Part shown: positions 22,401 through 37,400 of the stretch, in pieces
Numbering within the stretch: position 1 is the stretch's first letter
Layout of the letters: every line of letters begins with the position of its first letter
From: Eledone cirrhosa
Lineage: Eukaryota
Length of the DNA stretch: 64,000 nucleotides
NCBI GenBank assembly: GCA_964016885.1
Contig: OZ024740.1
Coordinates: 432,388,001-432,452,000 of the forward strand
Direction: 5' to 3'
Made by a program: the position numbers and the translations under genes
Notes under the pieces: generated by a model
Database searches by the model: none
Told to the model about the DNA's origin: nothing
The model's input: the letters and a program-made list of their open reading frames with translations, nothing else

Positions 22401-25400
22401 TTCCAAGTCGAGACTTTCTCCACTGGCATGGGTTGCACAGGTTGTCATATTCCAAGACCAGACTTTCCCCACTGGCTTCGGTTGGACAGGTTGTCACATT
22501 CCAATACCACACTTTCCCCACTGGCATGGGTTGGACAGGTTGTCACATTCCAACACCACACTTTCCCCACTGGCATGGGTTGGACAGGTTGTCACATTCC
22601 AAGTCGAGACTTTCTCCACTGGCATGGGTTGGACAGGTTGTCATATTCCAAGACCACACTTTCCCCACTGGCATGGGTTGGACAGGTTGTCACATTCCAA
22701 GACCACACTTTCCCCACTGTCATGGGTTGAACAAGTTGTTACATTCCAAGACCAGACTTTCCACATTGGCATAGGTCGGACGGGTTGTCACATTCCAAGA
22801 CCACACTTTCCACACTGACATGGTTTGGATAGGTTGTCACATTCCAAGACCACACTTTCCCCAATGGCATGGGTTGGACAGGTTGTCACATTCCAAGACC
22901 ACACTTTCCCCACTGGTATGGGTTGGACAGGTTGTCACATTCCAAGACCAGACTTTCCCCACTGGCTTGGGTGGGACAGGTTGTCACATTACAAGACCAG
23001 ACTTTCCCCACTGGCATAGGTTGGACAGGTTGTCACATTCCAAGACCACACTTTCCCCACTGGCTTAGGTTGGACCGGTTGTCACATTCAGAGACCACAC
23101 TTTCCCCACTGGCATGGGTTGGACAGGTTGTCACGTTCCAAGACCACACTTTCCCCACTGGCATGGGTTGGAGAGGTTGTAACATTCCAAGACCACACTT
23201 TCCCAACTGGCATGAGTTGGACAGGTTGTCACATTCAGAGACCACACTTTCCCCACTGGCATGGGTTGGACAGGTTGTCACGTTCCAAGATCACACTTTC
23301 CCTACTGACATGGGTTGGACAGTTTGTCACATTCCAAGACGAGACTTTCTCCACTGGCATGGGTTGGACAGGTTGTCACATTCCAAGACCACACTTTCCC
23401 CACTGGCATGGGATGGACAGGTTGTCACATTCCAAGACCACACTTTCCCCACTAGCTTGGGTTGGACAGGTTGTCACATTCCAAGACCACACTTTCCCCA
23501 CTAGCCTGCGTTGGACGGGTTGTCACATTCCAAGACCACACTTTCCCCACTGGCATGGGTTGGACAGGTTGTCATATTCCAAGACCACACTTTCCCCACT
23601 GGCATGGGTTGGACAGGTTCTCACATTCCAAGACCAGACTTTCTCCACTGGAATGGGTTGGACAGGTTGTCATATTCCAAGACCAGACTTTCTCCACTGG
23701 AATGGGTTGGACAGATTGTCACATTCCAAGACCACACTTTCCCCACTGGCATAGGTTGGACAGGTTGTCACATTCCAAGACCACACTTTCCCCACTGGCA
23801 TGAGTTGGAGAGGTTGTCACTTTCCAAGACCAGACTTTCCCCACTGGCATGGGTTGGACAGGATGTCACATTCCAAGATCACACTTTCCCTACTGGCATG
23901 GGTTGGACAGGTTGTCATATTCCAAGACTAGACTTTCCACACTTACATGGGTTGGATAGGTTGTCACATTTCAAGACTAGACTATCCTCACTGGCATGGG
24001 TTGGACAGGTTATCACATTCCAAGACCAGACTTTCCCCACTGGCATGAGTTGGAGAGGTTGTCACTTTCCAAGACCAGACTTTCCCCACTGGCATGGGTT
24101 GGACAGGTTGTCACATTCCAAGACCACACTTTCCCCACTGGCATGAGTTGGAGAGGTTGTCACTTTCCAAGACCAGACTTTCCCCACTGGCATGGGTTGG
24201 ACAGGTTGTCACATTCCAAGACTAGACTATCCTCACTGGCATGGGTTGGACAGGTTATCACATTCCAAGACCAGACTTTCCCCACTGGCATGGATTGGAT
24301 AGGTTGTCAGTTCCAAGAGCAGACTTTCCCCACTGGCACGCCTTGGACAGGTTGTCACATTCCAAGACCACACTTTCCCCACTGGCATGGGTTGGACAGG
24401 TTGTCACATTCCAAGACCACACTTTCCCCACTGGCATGGGTTGGACAGGTTGTCACATTCCAAGACCACACTTTCGCCACTGGCTTCGGATGGACAGGTT
24501 GTCACATTCCAAGACCAGACTTTACCCCATTGGCATGGGTTGGAGAGGTTGTCACATTTCAAGACCAGATTTTCCCCACTGGCATGGGTTGGACAGGTTG
24601 TGATATTCCAAGACCAGACTTTCCCCACTGGCATGGGTTGGACAAGTTGTCACATTCCAAGACCAGATTTTCCCCACTGGCATGGGTTGGACAGGTTGTC
24701 ACTTTCCAAGACCAGACTTTCTCCACTGGCATGGGTTGGACAGGTTGTCATATTCCAAGACCATACTTTCCCCACTGGCATGGGTTGGACAGGTTGTCAT
24801 GTTACAAGACTAGACTTTCCCCACTGGCATGGGTTTGACAGGTTGTCACATTCCAAGACCAGACTCTCCGCATTGGCATAGGTTGGACAGGTTGTCACAT
24901 TCCAAAACCAGACTTTCCCCACTGGCATGGGTTGCAGAGGTTGTCACATGCCAAGACCACACTTTCCCCACTGGCATGGGTCGGTCAGGTTGTCACATTC
25001 CAAGACCACTCTTTCCCCACTGACATGGGTTGGACAGGTTGTCACATTTCAAGATCACACTTTCCCCACTGGCATGGGTTGGACAGGTTGTCACATTCCA
25101 AGACCAGACTTTCCACACTGGCATGGGTTGGACAGGTTCTCACAATCCAAGATCACACTTTCCCCACTGGCATCGGCTGGACAGGTTGTCACATTCCAAG
25201 ACCACACTTTCCCCACTGGCATAGGTTGGACAGGTTGTCACATTCCATGACCCCACTTTCCCCACTGGCATGATTTGGAGAGGTTGTCACATTCCAAGAC
25301 CAGACTTTCCCCACTGGCATGGGTTGGAGAGGTTGTCACATTTCAAGATCACACTTTCCCTACTGGCATTGGATGGACAGTTGTCACATTCCAAGACCAC

Positions 25401-28400
25401 ACTTTCCCCACTAGCTTGGGTTGGATAGGTTGTCACATTCCAAGACCACAGTTTCCACACTGACATGGGTTGGATAGGTTGTCACATTCCAACACCACAC
25501 TTTCCCCACTGGCATGGGTTGGACAGGTTGTCACAGTCCAAGACCAGACTTTCCCCACTGGCACGGGTTGGAAAGGTTGTCACTTTCCAAGACCACACTT
25601 TTCCCACTGGCAGGGGTTGGAGAGGTTGTCACATTCCAAGATCACACTTTCCCCACTAGCATGGGTTGGAGAGGTTGACACATTCCAAGACCACACTTTC
25701 TCCACTGGCATGGGTTGGACAGATTGTCACATTCCAAGACCACACTTTCCCCACTGGCATGGGTTGGAGAGGTTGTCACATTCCAAGACCACACTTTCCC
25801 CACTGGCATGCGTCCGTCAGGTTGTCACATTCCAAGACGAGACTTTCTCCACTGGCATGGGTTGGACATGTTGTCATATTCCAAGACCAGACTTTCCCCA
25901 CTGGCGTCGGTTGGACAGGTTGTCACATTCCAAGTGGAGACTTTCTCCACTGGCTTGGGTTGCACAGGTTGTCATATTCCAAGACCAGACTTTCCCCACT
26001 GGCTTCGGTTGGACAGGTTGTCACATTCCAATACCACACTTTCCCCACTGGCATGGGTTGGACAGGTTGTCACATTCCAACACCACAATTTCCCCACTGG
26101 CATGGGTTGGACAGGTTGTCACATTCCAAGTCGAGACTTTCTCCACTGGCATGGGTTGGACAGGTTGTCATATTCCAAGACCACACTTTCCCCACTGGCA
26201 TGGGTTGGACAGGTTGTCACATTCCAAGACCACACTTTCCCCACTGGCATGGGTTGGACAGGTTGTCACATTCCAAGACCACACTTTCCCCACTGTCACG
26301 GGTTGAACAAGTTGTTACATTCCAAGACCACACTTTCCCCACTGGCATGGGTTGGAGAGGTTGTAACATTCCAAGACCACACTTTCCCAACTGGCATGAG
26401 TTGGACAGGTTGTCACATTCAGAGACCACACTTTCCCCACTGGCATGGGTTGGACAGGTTGTCACGTTCCAAGATCACACTTTCCCTACTGACATGGGTT
26501 GGACAGTTTGTCAAATTCCAAGACGAGACTTTCTCCACTGGCATGGGATGGACAGGTTGTCACATTCCAAGACCACACTTTCCCCACTAACTTGGGTTGG
26601 ACAGGTTGTCACATTCCAAGACCACACTATCCCCACTAGCCTGCGTTGGACGGGTTGTCACATTCCAAGACCACACTTTCCACACTGACATGGTTTGGAT
26701 AGGTTGTCACATTCCAAGACCACACTTTCCCCACTGGCATGGGTTGGACAGGTTGTCACATTCCAAGACGAGACTTTCTCCACTGGCATGGGTTGTACAG
26801 GTTATCACACTCCAAGACCAGACTTTCCCCATTGGCATAGGTTGGACAGGTTGTCACATTCAAAGACCACACTTTCCCCACTAGCTTGGGTTGGACAGGT
26901 TGTCACATTCCAAGACCACACTTTCCACACTGACATGGGTTGGATAGGTTGTCACATTCCAAGACTAGACTATCCTCACTGGCATGGGTTGTACAGGTTA
27001 TCACATTCCAAGACCAGACTTTCCCCATTGGCATAGGTTGGACAGGTTGTCACACTCAAAGACCACACTTTCCCCACTGGCTTGGGTTGGACAGGATGTC
27101 ACCTTCCAAAACCAGACTTTCCCCACTGGCATGGGTTGGACAGGTTGTCACGTTCCAAGACCACACTTTCCTCACTGGCATGGGTTGGACAGGTTGTCAC
27201 ATTCCAACACCACACTTTCCCCACTGTCATGGGTTAGACAGGTTGTCACATTCCAAGACCACACTTTCCCCACTGGCTTTGGTTGGACATGTTGTCACAT
27301 TCCAAGACCACACTTTCTCCACTGGCATGGGTTGGAGAGGTTGTCACATTCCAAGACCACACTTTTGCCACTGGCATGGGTTGGAGAGGTTGTCACATTC
27401 CAAGACCAGACTTTCCCCACTGGCATGGGTTGGACAGGATGTCACATTCCAAGATCACACTTTCCCTACTGGCATGGGTTGGACAGGTTGTCACATTCCA
27501 AGACGAGACTTTCTCCACTGGCATGGGTTGGACAGGTTGTCACATTCCAAGACCACACTTTCCCCACTAGCTTGAGTTGGACAGGTTGTCACATTCCAAG
27601 ACCACACTTTCCACACTGACATGGGTTGGATAGGTTGTCACATTCCAAGACTAGACTATCCTCACTGGCATGGGTTGTACAGGTTATCACATTCCAAGAC
27701 CAGACTTTCCCCATTGGCATAGGTTGGACAGGTTGTCACATTCAAAGACCACACTTTCCCCACTGGCTTGGGTTGGACAGGATGTCACCTTCCAAAACCA
27801 GACTTTCCCCACTGGCATGGGTTGGACAGTTTGTCACATTCCAACACCACACTTTCGCCACTGTCATGGGTTAGACAGGTTGTCACATTCCAAGACCACA
27901 CTTTCCCCACTGGCTTTGGTTGGATATGTTGTCACATTCAAAGACCACACTTTCCCCACTGGCTTGGGTTGGACAGGATGTCACCTTCCAAAACCAGACT
28001 TTCCCCACTGGCATGGGTTGGACAGTTTGTCACATTCCAACACCACACTTTCCCCACTGTCATGGGTTAGACAGGTTGTCACATTCCAAGACCACACTTT
28101 CCCCACTGGCTTTGGTTGGATATGTTGTCACATTCAAAGACCACACTTTCCCCACTGGCTTGGGTTGGACAGGATGTCACCTTCCAAAACCAGACTTTCC
28201 CCACTGGCATGGGTTGGACAGTTTGTCACATTCCAACACCACACTTTCCCCACTGTCATGGGTTAGACAGGTTGTCACATTCCAAGACCACACTTTCCCC
28301 ACTGGCTTTGGTTGGATATGTTGTCACATTCCAAGACCACACTTTCTCCACTGGCATGGGTTGGAGAGGTTGTCACATTCAAAGACCACACTTTCTCCAC

Positions 28401-31400
28401 TGGCATGGGTTGGACAGGTTGTCACATTCCAAGACCAGACTTTCGCCACTGGCATGGGTTGGACAGGTTGTCACATTCCAAGACCACACTTTCCCCACTG
28501 GCTTTGGTTGGATATGTTGTCACATTCCAAGACCACACTTTCTCCACTGGCATGGGTTGGAGAGGTTGTCACATTCAAAGACCACACTTTCTCCACTGGC
28601 ATGGGTTGGACAGGTTGTCACATTCCAAGACCACACTTTCCCCACTGGCTTTGGTTGGATATGTTGTCACATTCCAAGACCACACTTTCTCCACTGGCAT
28701 GGGTTGGAGAGGTTGTCACATTCAAAGACCACACTTTCTCCACTGGCATGGGTTGGACAGGTTGTCACATTCCAAGACCAGACTTTCGCCACTGGCATGG
28801 GTTGGACAGGTTGTCACATTCCAAGACCAGACTTTCACCACTGGCATGGGTTGGAGAGGTTGTCACATTCCAAGACCAGACTTTCGCCACTGGCATGGGT
28901 TGGACAGGTTGTCACATTCCAAGACCAGACTTTCACCACTGGCATGGGTTGTAGAGGTTGTCACATTCCAAGATCACACTTTCCCCACTAGCATGGGTTG
29001 GAGAGGTTGTCACATTCCAAGACCACACTTTCCCCACTGGCATGGGTTGGACAGATTGTCACATTCCAAGACCACACTTTCCCCACTGGCATGGGTTGGA
29101 GAGGTTGTCACATTCCAAGACCACACTTTCTCCACTGGCATGGGTTGGACAGATTGTCACATTCCAAGACCACACTTTCTCCACTGGAATGGGTTGGACA
29201 GGTTGTCACATTCCAAGACCAGACTTTCTCCACTGGCATGGGTTGGACAGGTTGTCACATTCCAAGACCACAGCTTCCCCACTGGCATGGGTTGGACAGG
29301 TTGTCACATTCCAAGACCAGACTTTCTCCACTGGAATGGGTTGGACAGGTTGTCACATTCCAAGACGAGACTTTCTCCACTGGCATGGGTTGGACAGGTT
29401 GTCACATTCCAAGACCAGACTTTCTCCACTGGCATGGGTTGGACAGGTTGTCACATTCCAAGACGAGACTTTCTCCACTGGCATGGGTTGGACAGGTTGT
29501 CATATTCCAAGACCACACTTTCCCCACTGGCATAGGTTGGACAGGTTGTCACATTCCAAGACTAGACTATCCTCACTGGCATGGGTTGGACAGGTTGTCA
29601 CATTCCAAGACCAGACTTTCTCCACTGGAATGGGTTGGACAGGTTGTCACATTCCAAGACCACAGCTTCCCCACTGGCATGGGTCCGTCAGGGTGTCACA
29701 TTCCAAGACGAGACTTTCTCCACTGGCATGGGTTGGACAGGTTATCACATTACAAGACCAGACTTTCCCCACTGGCATGAGTTGGAGAGGTTGTCACTTT
29801 CCAAGACCAGACTTTCCCCACTGGCATGGGTTGGACAGGTTGTCACATTCCAAGACCACACTTTCCCCACTGGCATGAGTTGGAGAGGTTGTCACTTTCC
29901 AAACCAGACTTTCCCCACTGGCATGGGTTGGACAGGTTATCACATTCCAAGACCAGACTTTCCCCACTGGCATGGATTGGATAGCTTGTCAGTTCCAAGA
30001 GCAGACTTTCCCCACTGGCATGCCTTGGACAGGTTGTCACATTCCAAGACCACACTTTCCCCACTGGCATGGGTTGGACAGGTTGTCACATTCCAAGACC
30101 ACACTTTCCCCACTGGCATGGGTTGGACAGGTTGTCACATTCCAACACCACACTTTCCCCACTGGCATGGGTTGGACAGGTTGTCATATTCCAAGACCAG
30201 ACTTTCCCCACTGGCATGGGTTGGAGAGGTTGTCACATTCCAACACCACACTTTCCCCACTGGCATGGGTTGGACAGGTTGTCATATTCCAAGACCAGAC
30301 TTTCCCCACTGGCATGGGTTGGACAAGTTGTCACATTCCAAGACCAGATTTTCCCCACTGGCATGGGTTGGACAGGTTGTCACTTTCCAAGACCAGACTT
30401 TCTCCACTGGCATGGGTTGGACAGGTTGTCATATTCCAAGACCATACTTTCCCCACTGGCATGGGTTGGACAGGTTGTCATGTTACAAGACTAGACTTTC
30501 CCCACTGGCATGGGTTTGACAGGTTGTCACATTCCAAGACCAGACTTTCCGCATTGGCATAGGTTGGACAGGTTGTCACATTCCCAAACCAGACTTTCCC
30601 CACTGGCATGGGTTGCAGAGGTTGTCACATGCCAAGACCACACTTTCCCCACTGGCATGGGTCGGTCAGGTTGTCACATTCCAAGACCACTCTTTCCCCA
30701 CTGACATGGGTTGGACAGGTTGTCACATTTCAAGATCACACTTTCCCCACTGGCATGGGTTGGACAGGTTGTCACATTCCAAGACCAGACTTTCCACACT
30801 GGCATAGGTTGGACAGGTTGTCACATTCCAAGACCCCACTTTCCCCACTGGCATGATTTGGAGAGGTTGTCACATTCCAAGACCAGACTTTCCCCACTGG
30901 CATGGGTTGGACAGGTTGTCACATTTCAAGATCACACTTTCCCTACTGGCATTGGATGGACAGTTGTCACATTCCAAGACCACACTTTCCCCACTAGCTT
31001 GGGTTGGATAGGTTGTCACATTCCAAGACCACAGTTTCCACACTGACATGGGTTGGATAGGTTGTCACATTCCAACACCAAACTTTCCCCACTGGCATGG
31101 GTTGGACAGGTTGTCACAGTCCAAGACCAGACTTTCCCCACTGGCACGGGTTGGAAAGGTTGTTACATTCCAAGACCACACTTTTCCCACTGGCAGGGGT
31201 TGGAGAGGTTGTCACATTCCAAGATCACACTTTCCCCACTAGCATGGGTTGGAGAGGTTGTCACATTCCAAGATCACACTTTCCCCACTAGCATGGGTTG
31301 GAGAGGTTGACACATTCCAAGACCACACTTTCTCCACTGGCATGGGTTGGACAGATTGTCACATTCCAAGACCACACTTTCCCCACTGGCATGTGTTGGA

Positions 31401-34400
31401 GAGGTTGTCACATTCCAAGACCACACTTTCCCCACTGGCATGGGTCCGTCAGGTTGTCACATTCCAAGACGAGACTTTCTCCACTGGCATGGGTTGCACA
31501 GGTTGTCATATTCCAAGACCAGACTTTCCCCACTGGCTTCGGTTGGACAGGTTGTCACATTCCAATACCACACTTTCCCCACTGGCATGGGTTGGACAGG
31601 TTGTCACATTCCAACACCACACTTTCCCCACTGGCATGGGTTGGACAGGTTGTCACATTTCAAGTCGAGACTTTCTCCACTGGCATGGGTTGGACAGGTT
31701 GTCATATTCCAAGACCACACTTTCCCCACTGGCATGGGTTGGACAGGTTGTCACATTCCAAGACCACACTTTCCCCACTGGCATGGGTTGGACAGGTTGT
31801 CACATTCCAAGACCACACTTTCCCGACTAGCATGGGTTGGACACGTTGTCACATTCCAAGACCACACTTTCCCCACTGGCATGGGTTGGACAGGTTGTCA
31901 CATTCCAAGACCAGACTTTCCCCACTGGCTTGGGTGGGACAGGTTGTCACATTACAAGACCAGACTTTCCCCACTGGCATAGGTTGGACAGGTTGTCACA
32001 TTCCAAGACCACACTTTCCCCACTGGCTTAGGTTGGACCGGTTGTCACATTCGAAAACCAGACTTTCCCCATTGGCATGGGTTGGAGAGGTTGTCACACT
32101 CCAAGACCACACTTTCCCCACTGGCATGGGTTGGACAGGTTGTCACATTCAGAGACCACACTTTCCCCACTGGCATGGGTTGGACAGGTTGTCACGTTCC
32201 AAGACCACAATTTCCCCACTGGCATGGGTTGGAGAGGTTGTAACATTCCAAGACCACACTTTCCCAACTGGCATGAGTTGGACAGGTTGTCACATTCAGA
32301 GACCACACTTTCCCCACTGGCATGGGTTGGACAGGTTGTCACGTTCCAAGATCACACTTTCCCTACTGACATGGGTTGGACAGTTTGTCACATTCCAAGA
32401 CGAGACTTTCTCCACTGGCATGGGATGGACAGGTTGTCACATTCCAAGACCACACTTTCCCCACTAGCCTGCGTTGGACGGTTTATCACATTCCAAGTCC
32501 ACACTTTCCACACTGACATGGTTTGGATAGGTTGTCACATTCCAAGACCACACTTTCCCCACTGGCATGGGTTGGACAGGTTGTCACATTCCAAGGCGAG
32601 ACTTTCTCCACTGGCATGGGTTGGACAGGTTGTCACATTCCAAGATCACACATTCCCCACTGGTATGGGTTGGACAGGTTGTCACATTCCAAGACCACAC
32701 TTTCCCCACTGACATGGGTTGGACAGGTTGTCACATTTCAAGATCACACTTTCCCCACTGGCATGGGTTGGACAGGTTCTCACAATCCAAGATCACACTT
32801 TCCCCGCTGACATGGGTTGGACAGGTTGTCACATTCCAAGACCACACTTTCCCCACTGACATGGGTTGGACAGGTTGTCACATTCCAAGACCACACTTTC
32901 CCCACTGACATGGGTTGGACAGGTTGTCACATTCCAAGACCAGACTTTCCACACTGGCATGGGTTGGACAGGTTCTCACAATCCAAGATCACACTTTCCC
33001 CACTGGCATGGGCTGGACAGGTTGTCACATTCCAAGACCACACTTTCCCCACTGGCATAGGTTGGACAGGTTGTCACATTCCAAGACCAAACTTTCCCCA
33101 CTGGCATGAGTTGGAGAGGTTGTCACTTTCCAAGACCAGACTTTCCCCACTGGCATGAGTTGGACAGGATGTCACATTCCAAGATCACACTTTCCCTACT
33201 GGCATGGGTTGGACAGGTTGTCACATTCCAAGACGAGACTTTCTCCACTGGCATGGGTTGGACAGGTTGTCACATTCCAAGACGAGACTTTCTCCACTGG
33301 CATGGGTTGGACAGGTTGTCACATTCCAAGACCACACTTTCCACACTTACATGGGTTGGATAGGTTGTCACATTCCAAGACTAGACTATCCTCACTGGCA
33401 TGGGTTGGACAGGTTATCACATTCCAAGACCAGACTTTCCCCATTGGCATACGTTGGACAGGTTGTCACATTCAAAGACCACACTTTCCCCACTGGCATG
33501 AGTTGGAGAGGTTGCCACTTTCCAAGACCAGACTTTCCCCACTGGCATGGGTTGGACAGGTTGTCACATTCCAAGACCACACTTTCCCCACTGGCATGAG
33601 TTGGAGAGGTTGTCACTTTCCAAGATCAGACTTTCCCCACTGGCATGGGTTGGACAGGTTGTCACATTCCAAGACCACACTTTCCCCACTGGTATGAGTT
33701 GGAGAGGTTGTCACTTTCCAAGACCAGACTTTCCCCACTGGCATAGGTTGGACAGGTTGTCACATTCCAAGACCACACTTTCCCCACTGGCATGAGTTGG
33801 AGAGGTTGTCACTTTCCAAGACCAGACTTTCCCCACTGGCATGGGTTGGACAGGTTGTCACATTCCAAGACCACACTTTCTCCACTGGCATGGGTTGGAC
33901 AGATTGTCACATTCCAAGACCACACTTTCCCCACTGGCATGGGTTGGAGAGGTTGTCACGTTCCAAGACCACACTTTCCCCACTGGCTTCGGTTGGACAG
34001 GTTGTCACATTCCAAGTCGAGACTTTCTCCAGTGGCATGGGTTGGACAGGTTGTCATATTCCAAGACCAGACTTTCCCCACTGGCATGGGTTGGACAGGT
34101 TGTCACATTCCAACACCACACTTTCCCCACTGGTTTCGGTTGGACAGGTTGACATTCCACTATCACACTTTCCCCACTGGCTTCGGTTGGACAGGTTGTC
34201 ACATTCCAAGTCGAGACTTTCTCCACTGGCATGGGTTGCACAGGTTGTCATATTCCAAGACCAGGCTTTCCCCACTGGGTTCGGTTGGACAGGTTGTCAC
34301 ATTCCAATACCACACTTTCCCCACTGGCATGGGTTGGATAGGTTGTCACATTCCAAGTCGAGACTTTCTCCACTGGCATGGGTTGGACAGGTTGTCATAT

Positions 34401-37400
34401 TCCAAGACCACACTTTCCCCACTGGCATGGGTTGGACAGGTTGTTACATTCCAAGACCACACTTTCCCCACTGGCATGGGTTGGACAGGTTGTCACATTC
34501 CAAGACCACACTTTCCCCACTGGCATGGGTTGGACAGATTGTCACATTCCAAGACCACACTTTCCCCACTGTCATGGGTTGGACAGGTTGTCACATTCCA
34601 AAACCAGACTTTCCCCACTGGCATGGGTTGGACAGGTTGTCACATCCCAAGACCACAATTTCCCCACTGGCATGAGTTTGACAGGTTGTCACATTCCAAA
34701 ACAGACTTTCCCCACTGGCTTCGGTTGGACAGGTTGTCACATTCCAAGAGCAGACTTTCCTCACTAGCATGGGTTGGACAGGTTGTCACCTTTCAAGACC
34801 ACACTATCCCCACGTTTATGGGTTGGACATGTTGTCACATTCCAAGACCAGACTTTCTCCACTGCCATGGGTTGGACAGGTTGTCACATTCCAGGAGCAC
34901 ATTTTCCACACTGACATGGGTTGGATAGGTTGTCACATTCCAAGACTAGACTATCCTCACTGGCATGGGTTGGACAGGTTATCACATTCCAAGACCAGAC
35001 TTTCCCCATTGGCATAGGTTGGACAGGTTGTCACATTCAAAGACCACACTTTCCCCACTGACATGGGTTGGACAGGTTGTCACATTTCAAGATCACACTT
35101 TCCCCACTGGCATGGGTTGGACAGGTTGTCACATTCCAAGACCAGACTTTCCCCACTGGCATGGGTTGGACAGGTTCTCACAATCCAAGATCACACTTTC
35201 CCCACTGGCATGGTCTGGACAGGTTGTCACATTCCAAGACCACACTTTCCCCACTGGCATAGGTTGGACAGGTTGTCACATTCCAAGACCACACTTTCCC
35301 CACTGGCATGAGTTGGAGAGGTTGTCACATTCCAAGACCAGACTTTCCCCACTGGCATGAGTTGGACAGGTTGTCACATTCCAAGACCACACTTTCCCTA
35401 CTGACATGGGTTGGACAGGTTGTCACATTCCAAGACGAGACTTTCTCCACTGGCATGGGTTGGACAGGTTGTCACATTCCAAGACCACACTTTCCACACT
35501 GACATGGGTTGGATAGGTTGTCACATTCCAAGACTAGACTATCCTCATTGGCATGGGTTGGACAGGTTATCACATTCCAAGACCAGACTTTCCCCATTGG
35601 CAAAGGTTGGACAGGTTGTCACATTCAAAGACCACACTTTCCCCACTGGCTTGGGTTGGACAGGATGTCACCTTCCAAAACCAGACTTTCCCCACTGGCA
35701 TGGGTTGGACAGGTTGTCACGTTCCAAGACCACATTTTCTCCACTGGCATGGGTTGGACAGGTTGTCACATTCCGAGATCACACTTTCGCCACTGGCATG
35801 GGTTGGACAGGTTGTCACATTCCAAGACCAGACTTTCACCACTGGCATGGGTTGGAGAGGTTGTCACTTTCCAAGACCACACTTTTCCCACTGGCATGGG
35901 TTGGAGAGGTTGTCTCATTCCAAGACCACACTTTCCCCACTGGCATGGGTTGGAGAGGTTGTCACATTCCAAGTCAAGACTTTCTCCACTGGCATGGGTT
36001 GGACAGGTTGTCATATTCCAAGACCAGACTTTCCCCACTGGCTTCGGTTGGACAGGTTGTCACATTCCAATACCACACTTTCCCCACTGGCATGGGTTGG
36101 ACAGGTTGTCACATTCCAACACCACACTTTCCCCACTCGCATGGGTTGGACAGGTTGTCACATTCCAAGTCGAGACTTTCTCCACTGGCATGGGTTGGAC
36201 AGGTTGTCATATTCCAAGACCACACTTTCCCCGCTGGCATGGGTTGGACAAGTTGTTACATTCAAAGACCACACTTTCTCCACTGGCATGGGTTGGACAG
36301 GTTGTCATATTCCAAGACCACACTTTCCCCACTGGCATGGGTTGGACAGGTTGTCACATTCCAAGACGAGACTTTCTCCACTGGCATGGGTTGGACAGGT
36401 TGTCACATTCCAAGACCACACTTTCCACACTTACATGGGTTGGATAGGTTGTCACATTCCAAGACTAGACTATCCTCACTGGCATGGGTTGGACAGGTTA
36501 TCACATTCCAAGACCAGACTTTCCCCATTGGCATACGTTGGACAGGTTGTCACATTCAAAGACCACACTTTCCCCACTGGCATGAGTTGGAGAGGTTGCC
36601 ACTTTCCAAGACCAGACTTTCCCCACTGGCATGGGTTGGACAGGTTGTCACATTCCAAGACCACACTTTCCCCACTGGCATGAGTTGGAGAGGTTGTCAC
36701 TTTCCAAGATCAGACTTTCCCCACTGGCATGGGTTGGACAGGTTGTCACATTCCAAGACCACACTTTCCCCACTGGTATGAGTTGGAGAGGTTGTCACTT
36801 TCCAAGACCAGACTTTCCCCACTGGCATAGGTTGGACAGGTTGTCACATTCCAAGACCACACTTTCCCCACTGGCATGAGTTGGAGAGGTTGTCACTTTC
36901 CAAGACCAGACTTTCCCCACTGGCATGGGTTGGACAGGTTGTCACATTCCAAGACCACACTTTCTCCACTGGCATGGGTTGGACAGATTGTCACATTCCA
37001 AGACCACACTTTCCCCACTGGCATGGGTTGGAGAGGTTGTCACGTTCCAAGACCACACTTTCCCCACTGGCTTCGGTTGGACAGGTTGTCACATTCCAAG
37101 TCGAGACTTTCTCCAGTGGCATGGGTTGGACAGGTTGTCATATTCCAAGACCAGACTTTCCCCACTGGCATGGGTTGGACAGGTTGTCACATTCCAACAC
37201 CACACTTTCCCCACTGGTTTCGGTTGGACAGGTTGACATTCCACTATCACACTTTCCCCACTGGCTTCGGTTGGACAGGTTGTCACATTCCAAGTCGAGA
37301 CTTTCTCCACTGGCATGGGTTGCACAGGTTGTCATATTCCAAGACCAGGCTTTCCCCACTGGGTTCGGTTGGACAGGTTGTCACATTCCAATACCACACT

